From NCBI GenBank assembly GCA_963827275.1, contig CAWHAA010000005.1, forward strand, positions 608,001 to 672,000: a stretch of DNA of 64,000 nt, given 5' to 3'. A program made the translations under genes and the position numbers. This document shows, piece by piece, positions 53,034-62,597 of this stretch. The notes under the pieces were generated by a model. That model saw only the letters and a program-made list of their open reading frames with translations. It did not search any database and had not been told where the DNA came from. Origin of the DNA: an uncultured Spirochaetota bacterium (GTDB taxonomy: Bacteria > Spirochaetota > UBA4802 > UBA5550). Position 1 is the stretch's first letter; the number at the start of each line of letters is the position of its first letter.

Positions 53034-55037
53034 ATGAAGCAAAGGATATTTTACATGATCATGATAAGCCTGCTCGGCCTGAACGGGTGCACAAACTATC
53101 TCGAGGGCAACCGGGATACCCAGCTGCTCTACGCGGCCTTTTTCAGCACGGCGCCGGTGCTGAACCCGCTTGTGATCGCCGGCACATCGAACAATTTCAT
53201 TACCCTGGCCCGGCCGACATTTGTCGTTGCCGGAAGTCCCGCGCCGTCGGTCGAAGCGTACATCGGGCTGGACGACGGGAGCATGACTATTTCGGGAACG
53301 ACGGTGACCGGCGCCATAGAGGGCCCGGTCGACGTTTCAGCCGCTCCGTACCAGTTTAACACCGGCCTGTCGCCAGACACCATTTATCGCATCTATGTCG
53401 TGGCGATAAACCCCAATGGCTATTCCGTCAGGACCATCACACAGAGTACTTCGCATATCGTGCCGGTGCTGGATCCCCTGGTGATGAGCATTCCGCCAAC
53501 ATCCGATACAATAACCCTGGACCAGCCGACTTTCTCGACTGCGGGCAACCCCCTGCCCACGGTTGAGGCGTATATCGGCTATGCCGGGGGAGCAACGCCC
53601 ATATCCATAACACCGGCGGCCACCGGCTATACCGTTGCCAACGATCTCCAGGGCCCGGTGGACGTTTCCGCCGGCGGATGTCAGTTCACCGGCCTCGCGA
53701 ACAATACCCTCTACCGGGTTTACGTGGTGGCGCAGAACATGGATGTGAGCGGTACATACCACCAGTCGATCGAGTTTATCGACGAGAGCACTTATGGGAT
53801 AGCGCCGGTCATGGACGCGCTGGTGACAACGACGATTCCGCCGACAACAGACACGATAACACTGGACCAGCCGACGTTCTCGACTGCGGGGAACCCCCTG
53901 CCAGCGGTGAGCGCGTATATCGGCGTGGACGGCTTCATTTCAGTCGCGGGAACCGCGGTAAGCGGCGCCACCCAGGGACCGATCGACGTGTCATCAGCTG
54001 ACTACACCTTCACCGGCCTTGCAAATGACACGACCTACCGGATCATCGTGGTGGCGCAGAACGTTATCGGTTCCTCGGTACAGCAGGCGACGCAGAGCAC
54101 GACGGGCATCGCGCCGGCGATGAACGCGCTGGTCACGACCACCATCCCGCCCACAACAGACACGATAACACTGGACCAGCCGACATTTGCCACTGGGGGC
54201 AACCCGGTCCCGACGGTGCGGGCCTATATCGGCATTGATGGATTCATAACGGTCGCAGGGACCACGGTAAGCGGCGCAGACCAGGGGCCTGTCAATGTGG
54301 CAGCGGCAGGCTGTACCTTCACCGGCCTGGCCAACGACACGACCTACCGGATCATCGTGGTGGCTGAAAACAGCGTCGGCTCATCGGTGCAGCAGGCGAC
54401 GCAGAGCACCGGGGGCATAGCGCCGGTAATGGAAGCACTGGTCATAACAACGGTTTCACCCACGATTGACACAATTACCCTGGACCAGCCGACGTTTACC
54501 ACCGGAGGAAACCCGGCGCCTACTGTCAAAGCCTACATCGGTATTGATGGCTTTATTTCAGTCGCGGGGACCGTGGTGACCGGCGCAGACCAGGGACCGA
54601 TCAACGCGGCATCTGGAGGTTACACCTTTACCGGCCTGGACAATGACACGACCTACCGGATCATTGTGGTGGCCGAAAATACCTTCGGCTCTTCGGTACA
54701 GCAGACGACGCAGAGCACGGTGGGTATCGCTCCGGTGATGGACACGCTGGTCACGACCACTATCCCACCGACCACAGACACGATCACACTGGACCTGCCG
54801 ACGTTTACCACCGGGGGCAACCCGGCGCCGACGGTCAAAGCATACATCGGTATTGACGGCTTTATTTCAGTCGTGGGGACAGTGGTGACCGGCGCAGACG
54901 AGGGGCCGATCAATGTAGCGTCAGCCGGATACGCGTTCACGGGACTGACAAACGGCACCACCTACCGGATCATCGTGGTGGCCGAGAACAGCGCGGGTTC
55001 TTCAGTACAGCAGGCAACAGAGACCACGCTGCCGTGA
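53034..55037 (+). CDS. Lipoprotein with six tandem FN3-like repeats
   Basis: LNGC lipobox; repeat APV...ITLDQPTF..GNP.P.V.AYIG...FTGL...T.YRI.VVA.N. Confidence 0.85.
   Translation: MKQRIFYMIMISLLGLNGCTNYLEGNRDTQLLYAAFFSTAPVLNPLVIAGTSNNFITLARPTFVVAGSPAPSVEAYIGLDDGSMTISGTTVTGAIEGPVDVSAAPYQFNTGLSPDTIYRIYVVAINPNGYSVRTITQSTSHIVPVLDPLVMSIPPTSDTITLDQPTFSTAGNPLPTVEAYIGYAGGATPISITPAATGYTVANDLQGPVDVSAGGCQFTGLANNTLYRVYVVAQNMDVSGTYHQSIEFIDESTYGIAPVMDALVTTTIPPTTDTITLDQPTFSTAGNPLPAVSAYIGVDGFISVAGTAVSGATQGPIDVSSADYTFTGLANDTTYRIIVVAQNVIGSSVQQATQSTTGIAPAMNALVTTTIPPTTDTITLDQPTFATGGNPVPTVRAYIGIDGFITVAGTTVSGADQGPVNVAAAGCTFTGLANDTTYRIIVVAENSVGSSVQQATQSTGGIAPVMEALVITTVSPTIDTITLDQPTFTTGGNPAPTVKAYIGIDGFISVAGTVVTGADQGPINAASGGYTFTGLDNDTTYRIIVVAENTFGSSVQQTTQSTVGIAPVMDTLVTTTIPPTTDTITLDLPTFTTGGNPAPTVKAYIGIDGFISVVGTVVTGADEGPINVASAGYAFTGLTNGTTYRIIVVAENSAGSSVQQATETTLP
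53802..55030 (+). repeat. Intragenic 309-bp tandem repeats (units 3-6)
   Basis: Unit starts at 53802, 54111, 54420 and 54729. Confidence 0.92.
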
Positions 55038-55170
55038 CGCGGCGGGGCCGCAGGCAAATTTACCTGCGCCGAAAATTAATTTCTTGCCATAATCCCGCCC
55101 GGTGGCGTATTCTTTAATCCGCCTGCGGCCCCGCGGCCGCAGGAACATCTATCCATACCAGGAAGCTGCC

Positions 55171-55926
55171 ATGCCGAAAATCAAGGCCATCACCTTCGAC
55201 CTGTGGGACACCGTCATCCGCGACGATTCGGACGAGCCGAAGCGGAAGGCGGCGGGGCGGCCATCGAAAAAAGAGGAGCGCAGGGAGCTGGTGCACCGCT
55301 TCTGCTCCGCGCACGGGCACCTGTCCCGCGAGCTGGTCAACGGCGTGTACGACGCAGCGGACGCAGCCTTCAACAAGGCGTGGAAGGACCAGCATGTCAC
55401 CTGGACCGTGAAGGAGCGGCTGGAGATCGTGCTGAAGGGCCTGGGCCGCACCCTCCCCGACATCGAGCTCGCGGAGCTGGTGCGCCTCCACGAGGAGATG
55501 GAGCTCGAGTTCCGGCCGGACATCGTCCCCGGCGTCGGGGAGGCGCTGAAGCAGCTCCATGAAAAATACCGGCTGGGCGTGATCTCGGACGCGATCTTCA
55601 CGCCGGGAAGGGCGCTGCGCATGATCCTTTCCGACGCGGGGCTCTTCGGCTATTTCGAGCAGTTCATCTTCTCCGACGAGACGGGCAGGTCAAAGCCCGA
55701 CCCGATGGCCTTCCAGGACGCCATCGACGCTTTCGGCATCAAGCCCGGGGAGCTGGCGCACATCGGCGACCGCGAGCACAATGATATCGACGGCCCGCAC
55801 CGGGCCGGGGCGCGGGCGGTCCTCTGCACCGCCGCCATCGACCGGGGAAGCGCCGGCACGAAGGCGGAGGCCGTGTTCGGTGATTACCGGGAGCTCCCGG
55901 ACATCATAGAAAAAATCAGCCGGTAA
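55171..55926 (+). CDS. HAD-family hydrolase
   Basis: FDLWDT, GVISD, KPDP, HIGD...DI.G. Confidence 0.9.
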   Translation: MPKIKAITFDLWDTVIRDDSDEPKRKAAGRPSKKEERRELVHRFCSAHGHLSRELVNGVYDAADAAFNKAWKDQHVTWTVKERLEIVLKGLGRTLPDIELAELVRLHEEMELEFRPDIVPGVGEALKQLHEKYRLGVISDAIFTPGRALRMILSDAGLFGYFEQFIFSDETGRSKPDPMAFQDAIDAFGIKPGELAHIGDREHNDIDGPHRAGARAVLCTAAIDRGSAGTKAEAVFGDYRELPDIIEKISR

Positions 55927-55935
55927 GGAGGCACC

Positions 55936-56838
55936 ATGGCGGGAACACACCGAATCCTCATCATAGACGGGTACCCCAAGCCGAGCAGGGACGACTTTGA
56001 CACGGCGGGCATGAAGTACGCCGGCGAGCTCTACGCCGACATGCTCCTCACCTACCTGCCCGGCGCACACTATGACATCCTGTACACGAGCGACCCGGGC
56101 GTGACGATCCCCGATGTAAAAGCGCTCTCCGCGTATGAAGGCGTGCTCTGGCCCGGATGCAACCTCACGGTGTACCATACCGACGACGCGCGGGTGAAGA
56201 CCATGATCGAACTGTGCGACCGCGCGTTCGAGGCGGGGCTCCCGCAGTTCGGCACCTGCTGGGGGATACAGCTCCCGGTGTTCGTCGCCGGCGGCGAGGT
56301 GAAGGCCAACCCCAAGGGCAGGGAGATGGGGATCGGCAGGAAGATCAGGCTCACCGACGAGGGGAAAGACCACCCCATGATGGAGGGCAAGCCGGAAGTG
56401 TACAGCCATTTCGTGAGCCACGACGACGAGGTGACGCGGCTTCCCCGCGGCTCGGTGCTCCTTTCGGGGAACGATTTCTCCGCGGTGCAGGCGGCCGAGA
56501 TACGCTACAAGAAGGGCGTGTTCTGGGGGCTCCAGTACCACCCCGAGTACGACCTGCTCCAGATGGCGCGACTGATGGTGGCGCGCGAGAAGAAGCTCAC
56601 CGAGCTCGGCTTCTTCAGGGGCCATGACGACTTCGCGGAGTACGTCGGCAGGCTGGAGGCGCTCAGCGCCGAACCGGGCCGCAAGGACCTGCGCTGGCAG
56701 CTCGGGATCGACGACGACATCCTCTCCGCCGACATCCGGCAGTGCGAATTCAGGAACTGGATAAACAATTTCATACTTGGAAAATCAACGGAACGGAGGC
56801 GACATGTCCGTACATCATTACAGCAAAGAGGCAACTGA
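55936..56838 (+). CDS. Type 1 glutamine amidotransferase
   Basis: GTCWGIQ nucleophile elbow, SH.DEV, QYHPE. Confidence 0.88.
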   Translation: MAGTHRILIIDGYPKPSRDDFDTAGMKYAGELYADMLLTYLPGAHYDILYTSDPGVTIPDVKALSAYEGVLWPGCNLTVYHTDDARVKTMIELCDRAFEAGLPQFGTCWGIQLPVFVAGGEVKANPKGREMGIGRKIRLTDEGKDHPMMEGKPEVYSHFVSHDDEVTRLPRGSVLLSGNDFSAVQAAEIRYKKGVFWGLQYHPEYDLLQMARLMVAREKKLTELGFFRGHDDFAEYVGRLEALSAEPGRKDLRWQLGIDDDILSADIRQCEFRNWINNFILGKSTERRRHVRTSLQQRGN

Positions 56839-57199
56839 AGCCCTGAAAGCGGCTTCGACTGACGGGGAACTGGCGTGCGCGCTGGCATTCAAGATCGGGG
56901 CGGAGCACAACACCTCTCCCGAAGATATCGGGAAAATCCTTGATCTCGAGGAAATTGATATCGCCAAGTGCCAGCTGGGTCTCTTCGGGTACAAGCCGGA
57001 TAAAAAGATCGTCCAGCCGGCGATATCCGTTCCCGATGGATTAAAGAAGGAGATCACCGCCGCGCTTGCGGACGGCAGGCTGTCCTGCGAAAAGGCGTGG
57101 GCAATTGCCGGCAGGCTGCGCATATCGAAGATGGATGTTGCCGCTGCGTGCGAAAACATGGGTATCAAGATCAAGCCGTGCCAGTTAGGCGCGTTTTAA
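56804..57199 (+). CDS. Hypothetical protein with duplicated C...CQLGxF motif
   Basis: Two copies of L.C..A..I...I..CQLG.F; GGAGG RBS. Confidence 0.75.
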   Translation: MSVHHYSKEATEALKAASTDGELACALAFKIGAEHNTSPEDIGKILDLEEIDIAKCQLGLFGYKPDKKIVQPAISVPDGLKKEITAALADGRLSCEKAWAIAGRLRISKMDVAAACENMGIKIKPCQLGAF

Positions 57200-57209
57200 C
57201 GCCTCTATC

Positions 57210-57223
57210 CCGATAGTTATCGG
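57210..57223. repeat. Solo motif B (full 14-mer)
   Basis: CCGATAGTTATCGG in the 35-bp gap between convergent genes. Confidence 0.8.
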
Positions 57224-57234
57224 CGCAACCCGCA

Positions 57235-58458
57235 CTACCCGAGCGCCTTGCCGATACGATCGAGCGCGCGGTCCACGTTTTCATGGGAATTGAAGGCGCT
57301 GATGCGCACATATCCTTCTCCGCATTTTCCGAACCCGGCGCCGGGCGTGCACACGACGCAGGCTTTTTCAAGCATCATGTCAAAGAAGGCCCAGGAATCG
57401 CGCCCTCCCTTGATCCAGATATAGGGCGCATTCACGCCGCCGGTGCAGGAGAACCCGAGCGCGCCCATTCCTTTCCTGATGCGTGCCGCGTTTTCCAGGT
57501 AGTAATCGCCGAGCTCTTTTACCTGCCTTCGCCCTTCGTCAGAATAGACCGCTTCCGCCGCGCGCTGCACCGGGTAAGAGACCCCGTTGAACTTGGTCGT
57601 CTGACGCCTCAGCCAGAGCTGGTGGAGAAAAATCGGCTCGTCCTTTTTGGTAAAGGCGCGGCATTTCTTCGGAATCACGGTGAAAGCGCAGCGGGTACCT
57701 GTGAAGCCGGCGGTCTTGGAAAAACTCCGGAACTCCACCGCGACCTCATCGGCGCCATCAATTTCGTATATGCTGCGGGGAATGCTGTCATCACGAATAA
57801 AGCTTTCATAGGCCGCGTCATACAGGATGAGTGCCCTGTTCTCGCGCGCGTAGTGCACCCACTTTGCGAGATCCTCTTTTGTCGCGGTCGCGCCCGTCGG
57901 ATTATTTGGAAAGCAGAGATATATGAGATCTACTTTCTCGGCGGGTAGATCGGGCACAAACCCGTTCGCCTCGTTTGAATCGAGGTACACGAGCCCCCGA
58001 TAGCGTCCGTCACTGTTTTCGCCGGCTCGGCCCGCCATAACGTTTGTGTCCACATACACGGGATAGACCGGGTCGGGTACGGCAATGACGATGTCGTTGG
58101 CGAAAAGCTCCTGGATATTGCCGGTATCGCACTTGGCCCCGTCGCTCACGAAGATCTCGTCCGCGGCAATGGCAGCTCCGCGCGACCGGTAGTCGTATTC
58201 CGCAATTTTTTCACGGAGAAAGTCGTAGCCCTGCTCGGGACCGTATCCCCGGAATGTCTTTCCTGATGCCATGTCATCGACGGCCTTATGAAAGGCTGCA
58301 ATGCAAGCGGACGGAAGGGGGAGAGTGACGTCGCCGATACCGAGCCGGATAATATCTTTTCCCGGATTTTTTTTCTCGAATTCAGAAACCCGTTTCGCTA
58401 TGTCCGAAAAAAGATATGACGCCTTGAGCTTCAGGTAATTTTCATTGATACGTATCAT
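57235..58458 (-). CDS. dapL: LL-diaminopimelate aminotransferase
   Basis: [51 protein letters not shown]. Confidence 0.95.
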   Translation of the reverse strand: MIRINENYLKLKASYLFSDIAKRVSEFEKKNPGKDIIRLGIGDVTLPLPSACIAAFHKAVDDMASGKTFRGYGPEQGYDFLREKIAEYDYRSRGAAIAADEIFVSDGAKCDTGNIQELFANDIVIAVPDPVYPVYVDTNVMAGRAGENSDGRYRGLVYLDSNEANGFVPDLPAEKVDLIYLCFPNNPTGATATKEDLAKWVHYARENRALILYDAAYESFIRDDSIPRSIYEIDGADEVAVEFRSFSKTAGFTGTRCAFTVIPKKCRAFTKKDEPIFLHQLWLRRQTTKFNGVSYPVQRAAEAVYSDEGRRQVKELGDYYLENAARIRKGMGALGFSCTGGVNAPYIWIKGGRDSWAFFDMMLEKACVVCTPGAGFGKCGEGYVRISAFNSHENVDRALDRIGKALG

Positions 58459-58539
58459 ATAACCTCATAACCGGCAATTCCCGGTGCATATGTATCTGGA
58501 GATACCGGGCATCAGCACACACTAATTGTCCGTTTTTTA

Positions 58540-59010
58540 TCAAGCAATTTTTTCAATTACAAGGTCAGCCGGGATTCGGGAATAGTTTCTCCGGGTGGGG
58601 GGGAGGCCCCAGTGGAGTTTCCAGCAGATTATTCCATCAACAATCTCCCTGACAACAAGATAATTTCTGTATGTATAGTTATCGGTATTATTTTTCTTAT
58701 TCATATACTTTAAGAATTTTTTTAATGCATATGCAAGGATCAACGAAACAGACATCTTGAACAACTTCCTTAAATCCAAAAAATACTCGTAATCATCTTC
58801 CCTTAAACTTAAATGAAATGCATGCCACTCCCCCGGGGGCATCCTCTTTTGATATTGCACCATCTTCCCAAGCCGTGCAGGATCAGGAATATCATCCATA
58901 ACTTTTTTTATCAGGTGAGTTATCAATTCCGATCTTGTGATTCCATGTGCATGCGCAACTGAGGTTATCTGCTCCAGCGCCGTAATACTGATATTAAGGG
59001 TTGTATCCAT
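58540..59010 (-). CDS. DUF1564-like putative DNA-binding protein, AT-rich
   Basis: RHH-like N-terminus, YQ motif, and DYEYFLDLRKLFKMSVSLILAYA resembling the leptospiral DUF1564 pattern (from memory). Confidence 0.6.
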   Translation of the reverse strand: MDTTLNISITALEQITSVAHAHGITRSELITHLIKKVMDDIPDPARLGKMVQYQKRMPPGEWHAFHLSLREDDYEYFLDLRKLFKMSVSLILAYALKKFLKYMNKKNNTDNYTYRNYLVVREIVDGIICWKLHWGLPPTRRNYSRIPADLVIEKIA

Positions 59011-59109
59011 TATTGTATCCCTGAGTTTATTTATAAGGGATACGAAAAATATAATTGTATTGTTAAAATTTTTTTATGGACTATATATTTTTTTGCAATA
59101 AATTATATA

Positions 59110-59124
59110 GCGATAGTTATCGGT
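59110..59124. repeat. Solo motif B in the divergent promoter region
   Basis: GCGATAGTTATCGGT, 100 bp upstream of the DUF1564-like start and close to a TTGACG box. Confidence 0.8.
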
Positions 59125-59171
59125 GAAATGCACACTCTTTTCCCCTTGACGTATCCCGCCACCTGGTTAAC

Positions 59172-60074
59172 ATGAACGCAATGACGCCCCCAACCGACAC
59201 ACTCATGGCGCACTGCACCCTCTGCCCGCGGGAATGCGGAGCGGACAGGAGCATTACATCGGGCTACTGCAGCGGTACGGACCGGGTCATCGTGAATACC
59301 CACCAGCTCCACCACTGGGAAGAACCGGTGCTCTCCGGGTCGCAAGGGAGCGGTACTATCTTCTTTTCGAACTGCACCATGCGCTGCGTCTACTGCCAGA
59401 ACTTCGAGATAAGCTGGCTTGGCTGCGGCAGGCCCCGCACGACCGAAGAGCTCTGCGCCATGATGATAGAACTGCAGCAGCGCGGCGCGCACAATATAAA
59501 CCTGGTGACCCCGAGCCACTACACGCCGCAGATACGGGATGCCCTGCGCATCGCGCTTGATCGGGGCCTTACCGTCCCGGTGGTGTGGAACAGCAACGCA
59601 TACGAAAAACCGGAAACCCTGCGGCTCGTGGAGGGACTGGTTGATATTTATCTCCCGGATTTCCGTTACTTTAACCCCGCGACCGCCGTACGTTATTCCG
59701 GCGCGCCCGACTATCCGGAATGGGCAAAGAAGGCGATAGCCGAGATGCACCGCCAGGTCGGCACTCTCACCCTGGACGGAGACATCGCCAAACGGGGCGT
59801 GCTCATCCGTCTCCTGGTCCTGCCGGGGCTCACCGCGGAGATCAAAAACATGCTTGAATGGATCGCGGCCTCGATCGGCCCTGACACATGGATCAGCCTG
59901 ATGGGACAGTATTACCCCACCTGCCGCTCGCATGAATTCCCGGAGATCAACCGGGGAATCACCGCGGAAGAATACGAGGAATGCCGCGCCCGCATGGAAG
60001 AGCTCGGTTTTGAGAACGGGTTCGTGCAGGGAGTGGGATCATCACGGGACTACACGCCGGACTTCAGGGAATAG
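59172..60074 (+). CDS. Radical SAM protein (PflX-like)
   Basis: CTLCPRECG, HHWEEP, GSGTIFF, CTMRCVYCQN, NINLVTP, DIYLPDF. Confidence 0.9.
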   Translation: MNAMTPPTDTLMAHCTLCPRECGADRSITSGYCSGTDRVIVNTHQLHHWEEPVLSGSQGSGTIFFSNCTMRCVYCQNFEISWLGCGRPRTTEELCAMMIELQQRGAHNINLVTPSHYTPQIRDALRIALDRGLTVPVVWNSNAYEKPETLRLVEGLVDIYLPDFRYFNPATAVRYSGAPDYPEWAKKAIAEMHRQVGTLTLDGDIAKRGVLIRLLVLPGLTAEIKNMLEWIAASIGPDTWISLMGQYYPTCRSHEFPEINRGITAEEYEECRARMEELGFENGFVQGVGSSRDYTPDFRE

Positions 60075-60075
60075 G

Positions 60076-61374
60076 TCACTCGAAGCGCACGTTCACAGAG
60101 CCGCCGTGCTTGTCGTCAAAGCCCTCAATGCGCGACATCTCGTTCACCGGCCCGCGGGCCTTCGCAAGCGCATCGCGCGACAGGAGCTGGTAGGTGGTCC
60201 TGCGCATGAAGGTCTCGACCGAGGTGCCCGATGAGAAACGCGCGGCGCCGCCCGTCGGAAGGATATGGTTCGTGCCGGAAAAGTAGTCGCCGACGGCGAC
60301 CGGCGCGTAATCGCCCAGGAAAAGCGATCCCACGTTCCGGATCTTCCCGAGGTATTCCATCGGGTTTTCCACCATGAGCTCCATGTGCTCCGGGCCGAAG
60401 TTGTTCGAAAAATCGATCGCTTCGCCGATATCCTCCACCAGGAGAATGAGCCCGTTTTTTTCGATGGACGCCTTCTTGATCTCATGCCGTCCGCCGCCGG
60501 CATTCAGGTCCATGTCGATCTCTCCCCGTACGCTCTCGGCAAGGTCGCGCGACGTCGTGACGAGGATCGCCATGGCCCGCTCTTCATGCTCGGCCTGGGA
60601 AAGGAGGTCCCAGGCCACCCATTTCGGGTTGGCCCTGCCGTCGGCGATGATGAGGACCTCGCTCGGCCCGGCAAGCGAGTCTATCTGCACCGCGCCCATG
60701 CTGAAGAGGTAGGTCTTGGCCGCGGTCACGTAGATATTGCCCGGGCCCACGATGATCTCCGACTTCCGCACGCTCTCTGTCCCGAACCCGGCGGCGGCGA
60801 TCCCCTGGGCGCCGCCCGCTTTGATCACGGTGTCCACCCCGGTCATGGCGCACACCGCGCCGATGACGTCGGGGAGCCTGCCGTTCTTATCGGGCGGGGT
60901 GATAAGGGTGATCTTCTCCACGCCGGCAAGCTTTGCCGGGATCACGCCCATGAGCACCGACGACGGGTAGGACGCTTTTCCTCCCGGAACGTATACCGCG
61001 GCGCTCTCTATCGGCCGGTATTGCATCCCCAGCACGGCGCCGTCGCCCCGCTCGAGGCGGATGTCCTCCCGCGACTGGAGGCGGTGGAATTCCTCTATAT
61101 TGTGCTTCGCTTCCAGGAATGCATTGGTAAGGCCGGATCCCGTGTTCCGCCGACCCGCCTCGATCTCATCCGGCGTGGCAATGACGGAGTCAAGAATGAC
61201 GCCGTCGAATCTTTTCGTATATTCTTTCACGGCCCGGTCACCGTTCTTTCTCACATCGTTGACGATCGGGACCACCGTATCGATCATGATGGCGGTGAAG
61301 TCCTCGCCGAAACGGCTGAAGAGCCGTCCAAGCTCGGCCGAGGTGAGATCGTTTAACTTCCTGATGGGGACCAT
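60076..61374 (-). CDS. hisD: Histidinol dehydrogenase
   Basis: YVPGGKASYPSS, GPGNIYV, AGPSE, SQAEH, PEH, GDY.SGTNHILPT. Confidence 0.96.
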   Translation of the reverse strand: MVPIRKLNDLTSAELGRLFSRFGEDFTAIMIDTVVPIVNDVRKNGDRAVKEYTKRFDGVILDSVIATPDEIEAGRRNTGSGLTNAFLEAKHNIEEFHRLQSREDIRLERGDGAVLGMQYRPIESAAVYVPGGKASYPSSVLMGVIPAKLAGVEKITLITPPDKNGRLPDVIGAVCAMTGVDTVIKAGGAQGIAAAGFGTESVRKSEIIVGPGNIYVTAAKTYLFSMGAVQIDSLAGPSEVLIIADGRANPKWVAWDLLSQAEHEERAMAILVTTSRDLAESVRGEIDMDLNAGGGRHEIKKASIEKNGLILLVEDIGEAIDFSNNFGPEHMELMVENPMEYLGKIRNVGSLFLGDYAPVAVGDYFSGTNHILPTGGAARFSSGTSVETFMRRTTYQLLSRDALAKARGPVNEMSRIEGFDDKHGGSVNVRFE

Positions 61375-61504
61375 CTGGCGCTCCTTCGTTATTTCATTGC
61401 CCGGGGGCCCGCGCGCGTCATGCGGGCGTGACCTGTTTGTATTCTGTAATTGTCCTGTCAGCCTGTCAATGATTTAACGTACGGCTGCCGGGCATCTTGC
61501 GGTC

Positions 61505-61560
61505 AAAAAAAAGGTGTCGCAACGGGAGGAGGTTTTGATTCCTCTCCTCCCGTTGAACAC
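61505..61560 (-). terminator. Rho-independent terminator
   Basis: Stem CAACGGGAGGA/TCCTCCCGTTG followed by a U8 tract on the minus strand. Confidence 0.75.
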
Positions 61561-61776
61561 CGGGGGGGGGTGGTTGCGGTTAATTCAGAGGATTTTCTGT
61601 TGTCACTATGAACGTACTGAATCCACCTTTGTATGACAATAACCGGGTCTGGTAATTATTCCGTCTGGTTTCCGTGGTCTGTGATAACGGATTCCGCTAT
61701 CATGGTTGAAGGTATGTTGTTCCGGGAAATCGGAGAGTGCAGGAAAACGCGACATCACCCGGGGCGGACGCTGGCA

Positions 61777-62439
61777 TTATTTACTCTGTGACACGACCCA
61801 CTGGACAGCGGCTTTCACAAGCTCCGGCCCCTTCTGGATGCCCAGCTTGTCCTTGATCTTTTTGCGGTGGCTCTCGATGGTATTCACGCTGATATTCAGC
61901 TTCTTTGCTATGTCGCCGGTGCTCATACCGCCGCCGATCATGCGGAATATCTCAAGTTCGCGGTCAGACAGAATCTCAGGCATGGACTCCCCGCCGGTCT
62001 CCTTTCCCTGGAAGAGGCGGTCAATGATCTTCATGGAGATCCTTCCGCTCAGGTAGAGCTCCCCGCTCATGACGGTCCGTATTGCCTGGATGATGACCGC
62101 CGGGGCCTCTTTTTTCGCCACGTAGCCGCGCGCGCCTGCGCGCAGGGCCCGCTCCGCGTAGATGTTCTCGTCGTGCATCGAAAGCACCAGGACCTTGACC
62201 GCGGGGAAGCGGTCCTTCATGGCCTTGATAAGGTCGATGCCGCTTGTTTCGCTCTCCATCGAAATATCGACGATGGCGAGGTCCGGCTCTTCCTGGCTGA
62301 TGCAGCGGATCGCCTCTTCCGCGCTGCCCGCTTCGTTGATGACCGAAAGCCCCTGCTCTTTTTCAATGACCTTCTTCATTCCCTGGCGCACCAGTGGATG
62401 GTCGTCGACGATAATGATCCTTGTGTTCTGTTCCGCCAT
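61777..62439 (-). CDS. NarL/FixJ-family response regulator
   Basis: VDDHPLVR, VDISM, LSMH, LSDRELE...ISVNTIESHR LuxR HTH. Confidence 0.95.
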   Translation of the reverse strand: MAEQNTRIIIVDDHPLVRQGMKKVIEKEQGLSVINEAGSAEEAIRCISQEEPDLAIVDISMESETSGIDLIKAMKDRFPAVKVLVLSMHDENIYAERALRAGARGYVAKKEAPAVIIQAIRTVMSGELYLSGRISMKIIDRLFQGKETGGESMPEILSDRELEIFRMIGGGMSTGDIAKKLNISVNTIESHRKKIKDKLGIQKGPELVKAAVQWVVSQSK

Positions 62440-62597
62440 GGTCCGGCCTTTTATCCCGGGGCCCCGCAGCGAAGGCGCCGCCGGGCCCGGTGAGATTCTC
62501 TTCTATAAATAAATATCCTAAATAAAAACGACCTTGTCAATAGTAAATTATCGTATTCCGCGCATAACAGAATCCATTACTGGGCCGCCAGGCGACG

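Noticed and set aside
46030..55037. Diversity-generating retroelement or integron behind the surface-gene variation
   Set aside because: No reverse transcriptase, no adenine-specific template/variable pair, no integrase and no attC-like structure were seen.
61562..61570. G9 tract as a phase-variation switch
   Set aside because: It is intergenic, next to a terminator, and not within a CDS or an evident promoter spacer.
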